From Chrysomallon squamiferum (Eukaryota; Animalia; Mollusca), in contig CM022671.1 in NCBI GenBank assembly GCA_012295275.1, positions 18,042,001-18,106,000 on the forward strand: DNA of 64,000 bases. Reading direction: 5' to 3'. The position numbers were made by a program, and so were the translations under genes. Shown in pieces: positions 1 to 11,999 of this stretch; position 1 is the first letter of the stretch, and each line of letters opens with the position of its first letter. The notes under the pieces are model-generated. The model was not told the DNA's origin. It made no database searches and was given only the letters and a program-made list of their open reading frames with translations.

Positions 1-525
1 AAAATTCAACAGTACGATCAGTGGCGTTACTAAGGTAACAGAGACCGTGAGCTCTTTCTGTTTCTGTTAAACTTGACTGGTATTTCTGACTCGATTTTTC
101 TGATAAAGCTTTCTGAAAGATGGATGTCAGATATTTTTATAATTAAAACCTTGAAAAAGGGTATCAACAAATCCAAATGTTTTCTTTAATTTCTTTAAAT
201 GTTAATTAGATGCTCTGTACCGAAAGTGTACAGTTGTCCAGAATGATTAATATTCAAATATGAATTATCCCGTATTAGTGACTTTTAGGTGGGGATCTGT
301 TAACTCATTACGTGACTCACAGTACAATTTAAGGTACAGTTTATGGCACAAAGATGGCCACTGCATGCCTGATTAAAAAGGAAAAGAAGAAAAAAGAAGA
401 AACACGAATGAGAAGACAAATCTATCTTTCAACTTCGCCGATTTTTTTATACTAATTATACGAATAAAAGTTATTTTTGTTTTTAATTTACTCCAATTTT
501 GTTGTTTTGTGTGTTGCTGTTGTTG

Positions 526-574
<49 letters not shown>

Positions 575-1822
575 ACCCAATCATAAACTTTAATGACGTA
601 TTTTTATATTATATTATTAGTATTAATATTATTGTTGCTGTTAAAGGTTAAATGGATAATAAAATGTTTCTCGTTAAATTTTTCATTTCATTTTTTTGTT
701 AATTAATTATTTTGTTTGTTTGTTTGTTTGTTTGTTTTATTTCGTTTTATTTCATATCATTTTATTTTATTATAATTTATTTTCATTTATTTTTATCTGG
801 TTCCAAAATACACGGGAGTGATTACATCATAAACAGCGTATTTGATTGTGTTTGAAGACGGTTTAATATTGGACCTAAAGTATATACGTGTTGCTATGAT
901 TACATGGGCTAACTTTTTATTGCAAATTTAATAAAATTAAAAGCTGACTGAATACAAGCAAGTGATGCCATTATAGGATATCATCAGTCTTTTTATTATT
1001 ATTAATTAATTAATTAATTAATTAATTAATTTATTTATTTCGAGTAGCCTTATGTCTAAATTAACTACTATTCTGAAGCAATCAAATGAATAACCCACAA
1101 TCATTATTGTATTCCGACATTGCATAGATGTTATTAGGTAATTTGTCTATATGTTGTTGTTGTTGTTTTTTTGTTTTAAAAAAAAAAAATTATTATTATT
1201 ATTTTTTAATTTCCCATAACGTAACAGATGCAGCCGTAAATATGGAAAATGGCGGCTCTCGTGATATTGCTAAATAGCAATTTTACTTATAGTCGTTTCA
1301 TTGTATACTGTTTCATTAGCACAGAAAGAAATATAGCTGAAAGATGGATTTATAAACAGCGTATTTAAGGCAGATAAAGGCTTATCCTTATGTTTGTAAA
1401 AGAAAGTATATTGTTAAATGTTGACAAAGAACAATTCCGTCATAAAAACCGGAGAACAATACAGAGAATGTTCTCTACGACGTTTTGAGAGTAAAAAACA
1501 AAGAAGTTAGAAACAAACAAACACAGTGAATCACCATCTATCATTAAACTAATACGTTCTCAAGGAATTTCATCAATTTTTAAATAAAAACAAACAATTT
1601 TTTATATTTTTTATTTTATTTTAAATATAAATATAAAGAAAGAAACATTAAATTAAATAAATAAACAAAAGAAAATACGTTCCCTTCTTCAAAAAAAAAC
1701 AAACAAAAACAATTATAACAGCAAATAAAACAAAACATATATACACTTTTTTTGTTATTTCGAACAATTCCTTGCCCAAATAAAACTTCCATGTTCTTAT
1801 TGCAGTTTGTTCAACGCGATGT

Positions 1823-2593
1823 TTAAATAACGTTGTAAACAACCGAAGCACGGGACTGACGAGTGCGAAGCAAGTCGGTCTGTTGGCTTTTAAAGAGTTT
1901 CTGGTAATAGCTCACTGAATATATGACCTGATGAATTTTCTCTTCTTCGATGGATGGCAAAGCTTCTTTACCTTCGTCCTGCTTTATGTTGTACAGGTTT
2001 CGCACGTGCTTCACCAGAGCGTTAAAAGAGAGGCTCCTGTCAAACACTTCCATCGGCTTCAGCTCTTCGAGCATTTTCTTCGCGAATCTGCGTCGCCTGC
2101 TGGTGGAGTTGATGTGACTAATCCCTTCTTCGAGCAGCTTGGGAAGCTTTGGTCTGTCCAAGCCAGTAAATCGCGATTTGGAAGATTGGTCGATCTTGAC
2201 GCGCGAGGTACTAGTTTCTGACAGGTTCAACGGCGAACTACGATATTTTTCCCAAGTCAACATCTGCCGTGGATCGGTCTTGTGTTGGTGTGGGCATTCT
2301 TCCTCGTGAACTTCCACTTCCTGCAGCACGGATTCTTTCAGAAGAGCCTTTAAAGCTTGGTGCTGTTGTAAATTCTGTTTGTACTTGTTGACTATCTGCA
2401 TGTTTCTTCTTTCGAAAAGAGTTCGCTGGAACTCGACTCGTTTTTCGGCTATGTGAAACTTGCTCGCTTCCGACGCGTTTAACACTTCTGCTTTTTTTAA
2501 GCGATCGGACGTGATTCGTTCTATTGCCTCCATTTTAGATTCTTTGCGAATTCGACCGAGTTCGTCCATGATCACCCGCCGTGGATTCCTCAT
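1823..2593 (-). CDS. Uncharacterised protein A1 (256 aa), member of the novel A/B/C paralog family
   Basis: Uninterrupted ATG-initiated ORF, GC-richer than flanks, kept open in the duplicate (12000-12758). Shares motifs with B and C (RRV..D..G, E.LN.SE..F, FERR, YKQNL..H.A, RRRR.AKK.L). A possible acceptor CTGCAG lies 2 nt before the ATG. Confidence 0.85.
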   Translation of the reverse strand: MRNPRRVIMDELGRIRKESKMEAIERITSDRLKKAEVLNASEASKFHIAEKRVEFQRTLFERRNMQIVNKYKQNLQQHQALKALLKESVLQEVEVHEEECPHQHKTDPRQMLTWEKYRSSPLNLSETSTSRVKIDQSSKSRFTGLDRPKLPKLLEEGISHINSTSRRRRFAKKMLEELKPMEVFDRSLSFNALVKHVRNLYNIKQDEGKEALPSIEEEKIHQVIYSVSYYQKLFKSQQTDLLRTRQSRASVVYNVI

Positions 2594-2870
2594 GACTGCA
2601 GATGTTTGTCAAAACGATTTAAAAAGACCAACCCATCGCCAGGATTTAATGTGTTAAAATAAAGATGAGAAGGAATGACCCTTCAACATTTTTCATATGT
2701 CATATCTTCCCGATCCATTAGCGCTCTGATTAATAAACTGACAGAACACAGTTGAAATAATTAACATCTAATTTCAAAAGAAAATCGTTAACATAATTAT
2801 TCAGACCTATCTGAGAATTTCGCACAAGACATGATTAATTGCTAAGTTGGCCGTTTGTGGACTATATTTG

Positions 2871-2878
2871 TGACGTCA
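2871..2878. promoter_or_regulatory. CRE palindrome upstream of gene A1
   Basis: TGACGTCA; a second lies at 3135-3142. Both are retained in unit 2 (12959-12966, 13216-13223). Confidence 0.45.
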
Positions 2879-4352
2879 TTCCCTCTGCAGTATAAATAGA
2901 TTTTCACTTAATAGCTAAAAATGTTAAAGCAATTGTTAAATGTAGAAGATTTGTAATTAAATATTACAATAGGCGTTTAAAAAACCCCCAAGAAACCCCC
3001 AAAATAACCAAAAGACATCAACAATAATAAGTACTATAGTATTAATATAAATAAGAAGAGGAAAAACAACAAAATAAATAACAACTACAGGACAGTTTTT
3101 ATAAACAAGAAGGCAACATAAATAGATTACTTGCTGACGTCAAACCATTTCAATGTTTCCAGGTAAGGAGGGGGATTATTGTTTTTATTTATTTATTTAT
3201 TTATTTATTTATTTTGAATGTAGAATAGCGATGTACAGAAAAATGGCATATGATGTGTATTCTTGGTGAAAAAGATTAAAGACAGAACAGAAAGACCACA
3301 TAAACTTTCAAGCATGAAACTGCACAAGGAAAAAAAAAAATAATCATAATTAAATAAATAAATAACGTTGCTATAGAACAAAACTTTATTTTATTTTATT
3401 TTATTTTAATTATTATTATTATTATTTGTTTTCTTAATTATTATTATTAATTCGATAAGAACTGTTGTTTGTTTTTGTTCTTTTAATTAAGAAAAATAAG
3501 AAATATTTTGATACTGAGGCATCTCTCAAATCGGGCGGGCTATTATTATTATTATTTTTAAATGTCGTCTACTAAGAAGAAAGAAAGAAAGAAAGAAGTA
3601 ATCTAAGCCTTATCTCACATTTATTATAATATTTCTGTTTTCTTTTCTCTTTTTCCTTCATTTTTTTTGTTTGTTTGTTTTGTTTTTATTACTTTCTGTT
3701 TAATTATTTACTTTTCAGAGTAATTAAAATAAATTTCTGAAATACACACACACACACACACACACACACAGCACACAAATACATTAACGCGAAATACGTT
3801 AATATAACTTAACAATTACATAATATATAATTCCAGCAATAACTGATGTTATCATGTTATCTAATATAGGAAGAGATTTAGTACATTTTTAAATTTTTAT
3901 TTTTTATTTAATTTTTTTTAATTTTTTTTTTTTTTTCCTGTTAATAAATTGCACTGTTTAAACAGTGGTATGAGATTAGTCATCACTGGGGTATTCGAGC
4001 AATAATTCAGTAATGGCGGATGTAAAAAGTTAGAACAATATTTGAAAGACATTTATACTTAAAAACTGATAGTCATCGTCGCCCGACCCTCACTAACGAC
4101 ACTGAATAACGATTTTCTCTCCTTTTATTTTTAACAATTAAACTTTTGCATTATGTTTGATCCAATTAAAGTCTGTCCACACATTTTGCTGACGTTTTAA
4201 CTAACCATACTGAAACTCCTTTGCCATATTTGGAAAGAGTTACACATCAACCAAATATTTTCTCCAGTGACTGTAGTTAGAAAAATGAAAAACCTCTGGT
4301 TTGCATAATACTACTACTACTACTACTACTAATAATAATAATAATAAAATTA

Positions 4353-5084
4353 TCATCTTCGACTGCTTTGCGTAAGAAACATGGACGGCAGACTTATGTC
4401 CCTTTGTGATGTCATTTTTGGTTTGTCGCGAGACCATGATGCGCTTTTAGAGGAACGGCCAGTCATATCTTTGGTCATGAAAATTGGAGGCAAAATTAAC
4501 ATTGTTGTCTGTCTTTTAATATAATCAGTCCCATCACCTTCAGTATTTGAATACTGACGACCGCGTTTCTCTCGTATGTGCCGCAGGAGCGGAGAAATCG
4601 ACGTGTTTGTATCGAACATTACAGTAGGTTTCCGTTCCAGTAAGAGTTTCCTTGCAGCTCTTATTCTTCGCGCTGTTGAACTGCAGTCTTTGATTCTCTG
4701 TTCGACAAGAGACTGCATTTCCAGTCTGCTGACGTTAAATTCCGCGTGTTTGTTACAGTCGGAATTGACGTCGTCGTCATCGCTGTCTTTTCTAGCGATG
4801 TCGTCAAGAACGTGTTTGTATGCCAAATGCTCTCTCAGGTTTTGTTTATATCGGTTAACTTCGGCTAGAATTCTTCGTTGGAACATCCTTCTAGAAGATT
4901 CGATCTGCTGCCGCTGTAATTCGAATCTGATGTTTTCTGATTTGTTCAGATTTTCGGTTATGTTGGAACGATTTGCACACTGTCTTTCGACAGCTTCCAC
5001 TCTTTCTTCCACGTATATTTTCCCAGTATTTTCCTCGAATATCACACGTCGGGATCGCTTCGTACAACTAGCATCGTTGGTCAT
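4353..5084 (-). CDS. Uncharacterised protein B1 (~243 aa from first ATG), same family
   Basis: The ORF track start at 5105 is GTG; the first in-frame ATG is at 5084 (MTNDASC). Acceptor-like TTTCAACAG ends at 5121 and the frame is open from there, so an upstream exon is possible. Homologous to A and C; duplicated at 14512-15243. Confidence 0.85.
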   Translation of the reverse strand: MTNDASCTKRSRRVIFEENTGKIYVEERVEAVERQCANRSNITENLNKSENIRFELQRQQIESSRRMFQRRILAEVNRYKQNLREHLAYKHVLDDIARKDSDDDDVNSDCNKHAEFNVSRLEMQSLVEQRIKDCSSTARRIRAARKLLLERKPTVMFDTNTSISPLLRHIREKRGRQYSNTEGDGTDYIKRQTTMLILPPIFMTKDMTGRSSKSASWSRDKPKMTSQRDISLPSMFLTQSSRR

Positions 5085-5869
5085 GTTTAAGATTTTATTC
5101 CCCACTTTCTTATTATCCGTCTGTTGAAAGAAACCAAATATCGGTCTATGTATTCATAATGAAAATGATCGTCCTTCTTCAACAAAAACCTGTGGCATAC
5201 TGAATAACGAACAATACTTTTATTTGAGTCTTTGTTCTGGAAACCTGCGCACGACAGTTTAAGCATGATAAGGCGATTTCTCTCCAGCCTGTTACATATC
5301 TGACAAATGTGGTAATTTGCCGTTGTCAGCTTATGTGTTCTGGAAATAATCATTCTAATAACTCATGATTAACGCAGGGATTGTTGTAGGCCTGCATGTT
5401 ACTTTACAACTGAGATCATTGACATTTATATATAATTCTAGTTAGAATAAATATACCCCCACACACACACACACACAGTAGTATATAATACAATTACCAC
5501 ATACGCAAGCTTTAAAGAGCAACCTGGGAACAGCATTCTTATTTCAAAATATAAGCTCACGTAGACACATTTTCTTACATAATAATTACTTCATTTATTC
5601 CTTGACGAAATATTAACCTTCATTAGAAACAGAGAGAAAAAATTGGCAGCATTAGGCAGGTGCCACACCAATAAATAAAAGACTGAGTACACAAAATAAA
5701 CCACTGCAAAATTTAAGATGGATTATTTTTTACATATAATAAAATAAATTAAAAAATTCAGTTAATTAATTCGTGAATATGATCTAAATAATTTGAAAAT
5801 ATTAAGTTTAATGTTCAGTCTCGATTTGATTGTTCACGTCAAAGATCTGTGGTTTTGACTGGTCGAGAA

Positions 5870-5877
5870 TGACGTCA
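5870..5877. promoter_or_regulatory. CRE palindrome between divergent genes B1 and C1
   Basis: TGACGTCA with nearby variants TCACGTCA (5834) and TGACGTAA (6967); retained at 16047-16054. Confidence 0.45.
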
Positions 5878-7075
5878 TAGATAAAGTTGATAAACATCTG
5901 ACGTATAGCTTAATAATTTACATACATTAAAATGGAAACTTTTGACACCTAATGAACGTGATTTTCAAATGGATTAATTTCAAAAATGGAAACTGAAAAA
6001 CATTATTTTCTTAGCTTAAAAGCTGTTGGATAAGCGAAGGTAAAAAGATAATAATAACTAAATTGTAATGTTTTTGCTAATGTAATGGGTGTAAAATAAA
6101 TGATTAAATTAAAATAATAAATAAAAAAGTAAATAAATGATAAAAATGTCACCTAGATATTTTTTAATTTAACAAGTTCCCCGCAGCTGGGTTTTGATCT
6201 CTGAGATATGCTTCACGTTTATGGGGATATGTATAATGTAAAAGAGTCCATAATGATACAATAACTCTCTTACATCGTCATTTTATTTGACAATAACTAT
6301 TTTTGCTGAAACCATGTACATCGGAAAGGTTCGTTTCCTTCTGCTGGAAAGTGTATTCCTATTATATTATTTTGCAAACGTGCGTGTGTGTTTAAAAAAA
6401 CAACAACAAAACAATCATTTCAGATTATATTATCTTTAGAGCACATCAACACACAGGCACATTTTAAATCTAGAAGATTACTGAGTTGTTATCGTACAAA
6501 AACGATTGAAAGAAAGTGTAAAATAATTATATTAGTCGTTATCAATTGATACAGATATTTTCTGGACTTAGCTTCACGCTCTGGTGGTAGTAAATCCGAA
6601 TACATGCAAGAACACTGCTTTCTAGGGCACAAAAATCAGGACACTGTATTCTGTATGTTGCATGAGGATCAGGGAACGAGGCGGATATAAACCAGGAGGA
6701 GCACGAGAAACGATTTTAATTCATATTGCTTCAACATTTTAATCCAAATCGTAGATACCGTGGTTAAATTTTTGAAAGATTTGTAGTGATCTATCATGGA
6801 ACAAGCCCACAGGAGAAAATAACAGTGGTTATCTAGACCATATTGATGCTTGCTAAGAGCCTCCATACCAAAGCAAGTTCAAAAACCTAAAAATGTAGTT
6901 TAAAATGTCACCCATCCTATTATTATCCCCTTGATTAGAATGAATTAGTAAAAACAAATTTTAGCGTGACGTAATTATATTAATTTTTTGCTTTACACTA
7001 AATATTTACTGAATATAGGAATAATAAAAAGTTTAAATTTGATTTACATTTGTATTATACTGTTATTGACTTCAA

Positions 7076-7089
7076 ATTTCCTTGGCAAC
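7076..7089 (+). promoter_or_regulatory. X-box (RFX)-like motif upstream of gene C1
   Basis: ATTTCCTTGGCAAC fits the degenerate X-box pattern RTHNYYWTRRNRAC; identical at 17277-17290. Confidence 0.4.
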
Positions 7090-7247
7090 ACTCAGGTGTC
7101 ATGCTGATATATCCTAACAACGTTGTTCGTATTAGGCCATGTTATTAATTAGCGTTAACATCGTTTTTATTTTTATTATTACAGTTCCGCTCTTACATTC
7201 TGAAGTTCAGTGGGCGTCGGGTTTAAATTATACTGAATTAATCTGCG

Positions 7248-7769
7248 ATGGGAAGTCGGCACGTGCTTTATGACAAATTCTGTGGCAAATTTTACATAGA
7301 GTCGAGAAATGAGAAAGTTCACAGACTCCTCAAAATCCACAGAGTTGGAACAGAAACCTTGAACAGGTGTTCAGATCTGAATTTCAAGGTTCGCATGAGG
7401 CAAGTGGAAGCAGCGAAAAAGCTTTTTGAACGAAGGAGCAACGCCTTTGCAGCTGCACACCGAGATAAGTTGAGAGAACATGTGGCAATACACAGCGTTC
7501 TAGAAGAATGTTCCGATCATAACATCAGGGGTAGGAAACAGGCTTGTGATGGACGTCACGTCATTGGCATTGACAGACTGGAATTCAGAAACCGCGTTGA
7601 AGAAAAACTCAAAGAGCTGACACCACACGCAAGGAGGCGAAGGGCCGCCAAATATTTGCTGTCGGCCCAGAAAGGTAACGATGTTCTCCTGGTAGGAGAA
7701 TCAGAATGGACTCTCAGTCGAAATTCAGATAAAAAATCAGAACTGTCCTTTAGAACGGCTACATCGTGA
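7248..7769 (+). CDS. Uncharacterised protein C1 (173 aa), same family
   Basis: ATG in good context (GCGATGG), acceptor-like TTATTATTACAG ending at 7184, AATAAA at 7849-7854. Motifs shared with A and B; duplicated at 17430-17951. Confidence 0.85.
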   Translation: MGSRHVLYDKFCGKFYIESRNEKVHRLLKIHRVGTETLNRCSDLNFKVRMRQVEAAKKLFERRSNAFAAAHRDKLREHVAIHSVLEECSDHNIRGRKQACDGRHVIGIDRLEFRNRVEEKLKELTPHARRRRAAKYLLSAQKGNDVLLVGESEWTLSRNSDKKSELSFRTATS

Positions 7770-8868
7770 TAGTGATGAATTTTAATTGCATTTCAGTTTC
7801 AGCTTGCCAGTCTTAGTAATAGACTGGTGTTTTACACTCTTCCTTTGCAATAAATGATATGATTTTCGAACGACTTTATATCATATATTATAATTAAAGA
7901 CAGTCCAAAAAAATGTTTTTATGCAGCATAATGAAGGCAACAAAATACAACTGTTGAAATTTAGTGATTCTACTCATGTTAATTTTTACCTATTATGAAA
8001 AACATGGTATTGTACATTATAGTTATCTTTAGTGGTTATACGCAGTGCTAAAAAGCATGTTCGTGGTTATTAAAAGCACGAGAAAGACTGGATTGTAATA
8101 CCGGCTGGGCATTTGTTAGATCAGACTATTGTTTAATAACATGTTGCTTTTCTGAAAAATGCCAACAGCCCACCAGACATTGCCCAAATGCCAAGTGAAC
8201 CACTGGAAGGCTTGTACAGTGGCACCAAGGATTTCCTGTCATGATTTCAACTAGCAATAACCAAGCCTCAGATAAAATGTACTGGCTATGGTTGATTTCA
8301 TCCCATATCATTATATAAATATATGTAATGTATTGACCAAAAATAGGAAAATATTTTGATTATTATTTCTTTTTTTTTTAAATATTTTTTTTAAATATTA
8401 CATTGTGAGGGACTGCTAAACTAATTACAGTATTTATAAGTCAGAATAAAGAAATAAATTAAGTCCTTTCTAAACTGTCAACAGCTTTAGTTACAAAACG
8501 CAAAACTAATTTACCTTTAAACCAGTTAAAAACACTATCATTAGATCTTTGCATCCAAGAACATTTTTTTTTTTTTTTTTTAATAAACTAATAACAAAAA
8601 CACATTAGCCATTCAGTGAACTCAATTTATTCTGTAATTCTTTTTCATGTGCTTTGTCCAGTCAAAAGTCAGTACAGCACAGATATCAATTTGAATGTTT
8701 CTTCTTTTTTTTTTTTTCCATTATATTTGTTTTATCTACGACTGCATTTCACACTAAAACCAAATTGGACAACCACCCAAAAGATATAACAGTTATTAAA
8801 CATTATATATATATTTATATTTTGTTGTATGCTACATGATTGAACAAGCACTACATGCGAAGAGAGGG

Positions 8869-9480
8869 TTAAAGTGCTGCAGCTCCGGAAATGATTTCTA
8901 TAAGTTCCCTGGTGATAACAGCCTGTCTTGTTCTGTTGAATGACATTCTCAGTTTATCAATCATCTCACCTGAAGAGAAAGAGAGAGAGAGAAAACAAAT
9001 TATTTTATAGTATTAATAACATTTATAAATAAATAACTGAAACATAAGATAATAATTTAAATATAGCAACAAGTATCTGCATTAATATCCAAGTTTTATT
9101 CTTTTTTTTTTTTTTTTTATATATATTTTTTCAAAGGGAATGACTGTGATTTCCTTACATATATATATATTTTGTTTTTGCAATTGGTTTTAATGATTCT
9201 TTTCTAACAAATTTGTGATAAATTTACAAAATATGATAGATATATATATATATATTTTTTTTTTTTTATATCAAACTTCCAAAACAGATTACACATTATT
9301 AGTTTTACATTTTAACAAGAATTTGAAAATATCTCATATTTTAAAACTGATAACTATAAGGAAATACAAGAACATCACTATATCTGGCATAAATTGAACA
9401 TTCCCCAAGCAAAACATTTTGAAAAGAAATATTTTCTCTTCAGTATTTCACTGCAATGTATTCATTCTTTATTTAATGTG

Positions 9481-9519
<39 letters not shown>

Positions 9520-10159
9520 ATGAAATTAAAATGAAAATTAAAATTAAAATTAAAATTAAAATTAAATAAAATAAAAGATAAATTAATAAATAAAAAGACA
9601 GGTGATCTTACCAGCATTCTTGGTGGCACCGTCCATAGCGGTCATTCTCTGACTCTGCTCTGTAGCTGCTGCTTCTTTCATGGCATGGAAGAGCTGACTG
9701 ACCAGAGCAAACTCGTTATATGATCTGATGACCTCGTCGTCCAGACTGTCGTACAGGTGAAGTTTCTCAGCCGAGTTGATAGCCTCCAGATTAAAAAGAG
9801 GCAACTCCGTTGTTTTGTACGACACTATGGTCCTAAAAAAATAATTGTAAAATTTTATTAAAATGATTACAGAATGAATCTTAACAAAGTAACAGTTCTT
9901 ACTGCTTAAAAATAATAAAATTAATAAAAAGTACTGATTTATCTGTTATTAAAATGGTAGTAGATGGAATGAAAAAATGGTGATCTCCAATGATAATCTG
10001 AAGAAAATAACTTACTTGAATCTGTTATAGAACAAATTGGCTACATCATACTTATAACCCAACTCAATGATGGCATCAGCCACTACAGCAGCATCAGCAA
10101 ACACTGGTGGCCTTTTTCCAATGTCATTGAACGACAGCAATATATTTGGCTTGAAGAGT
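8869..10159 (-). pseudogene. ATP5F1C: Partial duplicate of ATP synthase gamma: exons 5'-7' only (intact; truncated copy or alternative 3' cassette)
   Basis: Exons 10016-10159, 9612-9832 and 8869-8969 have the same lengths (144/221/101) as the main gene, intact AG/GT sites, and end [19 protein letters not shown]. No private exons 1-4 or promoter, because the duplication breakpoint is in intron 4. Confidence 0.85.
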
Positions 10160-10755
10160 CTGAAAGGAAAAAAGAAGGCATATAGAAATATGCAATGTGA
10201 GAACATCAAATAGATATAAATTACTAAAATGCTGGAACAATAAAGAACATCAGGAAAATAATTTGTTTACTTGTTTTTCAAAATAATATTTCATTTAATG
10301 ATACAATAAACTTGACTGGTGTTTCTGACCCGATTTTATGATAAAGCTTTCTGAAAGATGGATGTCAGATATTTTTATAATTAAAACCTTGAAAAAGGGT
10401 ATCAACAAATCCAAATGATTTTTTAAATTTATTTAAATATTAATTAGATGTTCTGTATCTAATGTGTACATTTCTCCAGAACGATTAATATTCAAATATG
10501 AATTATCCCGTATTAGTGACTTTTAGGTGGGGATCTGTTAACTCATTACGTGACTCACAGTACAATTTGAGGTACAGTTTATGGCACAAAGATGGCCACT
10601 GCATGCCGGATTAAAAAGGAAAAGAAGAAAAAAGAAGAAACACGAATGAGAAGACAAATCTATCTTTCAACTTCGCCGATCTTTTTATACTAATTATATG
10701 AATAAAAGTTATTTTTCTTTTTAATTTACTGCTATTTTGTTGTTTTGTGTGTTGC

Positions 10756-10804
<49 letters not shown>

Positions 10805-11294
10805 CCTAATCATAAACTTTAATGACGTATTTTTATATTATATTATTAGTATTAATATTATTGTTGCTGTTAAAGGTTAAATGGATAATAAAATGTTTCT
10901 CGATAAATTTTTCATTTCATTTTTTGTTAATTTATATTATGAATGATTTTATTTGTTTGTTTGTTTGTTTTTTTATTTCATTTTATTTTATTGTAATTTA
11001 TTTTCATTTATTTTTATCTGGTTCCAAAATACACGGGAGTGATTACATCATAAACAGCGTATTTGATTGTGTTTGAAGACGTTTTAATATTGGACCTAAA
11101 GTATATACGTGTTGCTATGATTACATGGGCTAACTTTTTACTGCAATTTTACGAAAGACTGGTTTGCAAACAGCAATCATTAATTGTTAATAACTCATCA
11201 GTCGATTTTAGGTAATAATAAAGCACGACAATAAAATTAAAAGCTGACTGAATACAAGCAAGTGATGCCATGTTAGGATATCATCAGTCTTTTT

Positions 11295-11333
<39 letters not shown>

Positions 11334-11999
11334 TTTCGAGTAGCCTTATGTCTAAATTAACTACTATTCTGAAGCAATCAAATGAATAACCCACAATCAT
11401 TATTGTATTCCGACATTGCATAGATGTTATTAGGTAATTTGTCTATATGTTGTTGTTGGGGTTTTGGGTTTTTTTTATTTTATTATTATTATTTTTTAAT
11501 TTCCCATAACGTAACAGATGCAGCCGTAAATATGGAAAATGGCGGCTCTCGTGATATTGCTAAATAGCAATTTTACTTATAGTCGTTTCATTGTATACTG
11601 TTTCATTAGCACAGAAAGAAATATAGCTGAAAGATGGATTTATAAACAGTGTATTTACGGCAGATAAAGTCTTATCCTTATGTTTGTAAAAAAAAAAAGT
11701 ATATTGGCAAAGAACAATTCCGTCATAAAAACCGGAGAACAATACAGAGAATGTTCTCTACGACGTTTTGAGAGTGAAAAACAAAGAGACAAAATAATTT
11801 AACTTTTTGCTTTACACTAAATATTTACTGAATAAAGATTTATACATACAAATATGAGTATAAAGAAAGAAACATTAAATTAAATAAATAAACAAAAGAA
11901 AATAGGTTTTTTTTTTTTTTTTTTTTTAACAATTCCTTGCCCAAATAAAACTTCCATGTTCTTATTGTAGTTTTTTCAATGCGCTGTTTAAATAACGTT

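Larger units (their letters stand above)
68..10313. repeat. Tandem segmental duplication, unit 1 (~10.2 kb)
   Basis: Sequence from TAAACTTGACTGG at 68 recurs at 10307. The order ORF A, ORF B, ORF C, ATP synthase gamma exons 7-6-5 is collinear with 10307-20346, with scattered substitutions and indels. Confidence 0.97.

Noticed and set aside
1931-2221. Plus-strand ORFs antisense to gene A
   Set aside because: Shadow ORFs whose lengths are not preserved between units.
4576-5127. 183-aa plus-strand ORF antisense to gene B1
   Set aside because: Shadow frame. In unit 2 it is cut to 146 aa by a change that is silent in gene B.
5087-5353. 88-aa minus-strand ORF present in both units, overlapping the B start
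   Set aside because: The units are too similar for its retention to be informative, it crosses a likely splice acceptor at 5121, and it has no recognisable motif.
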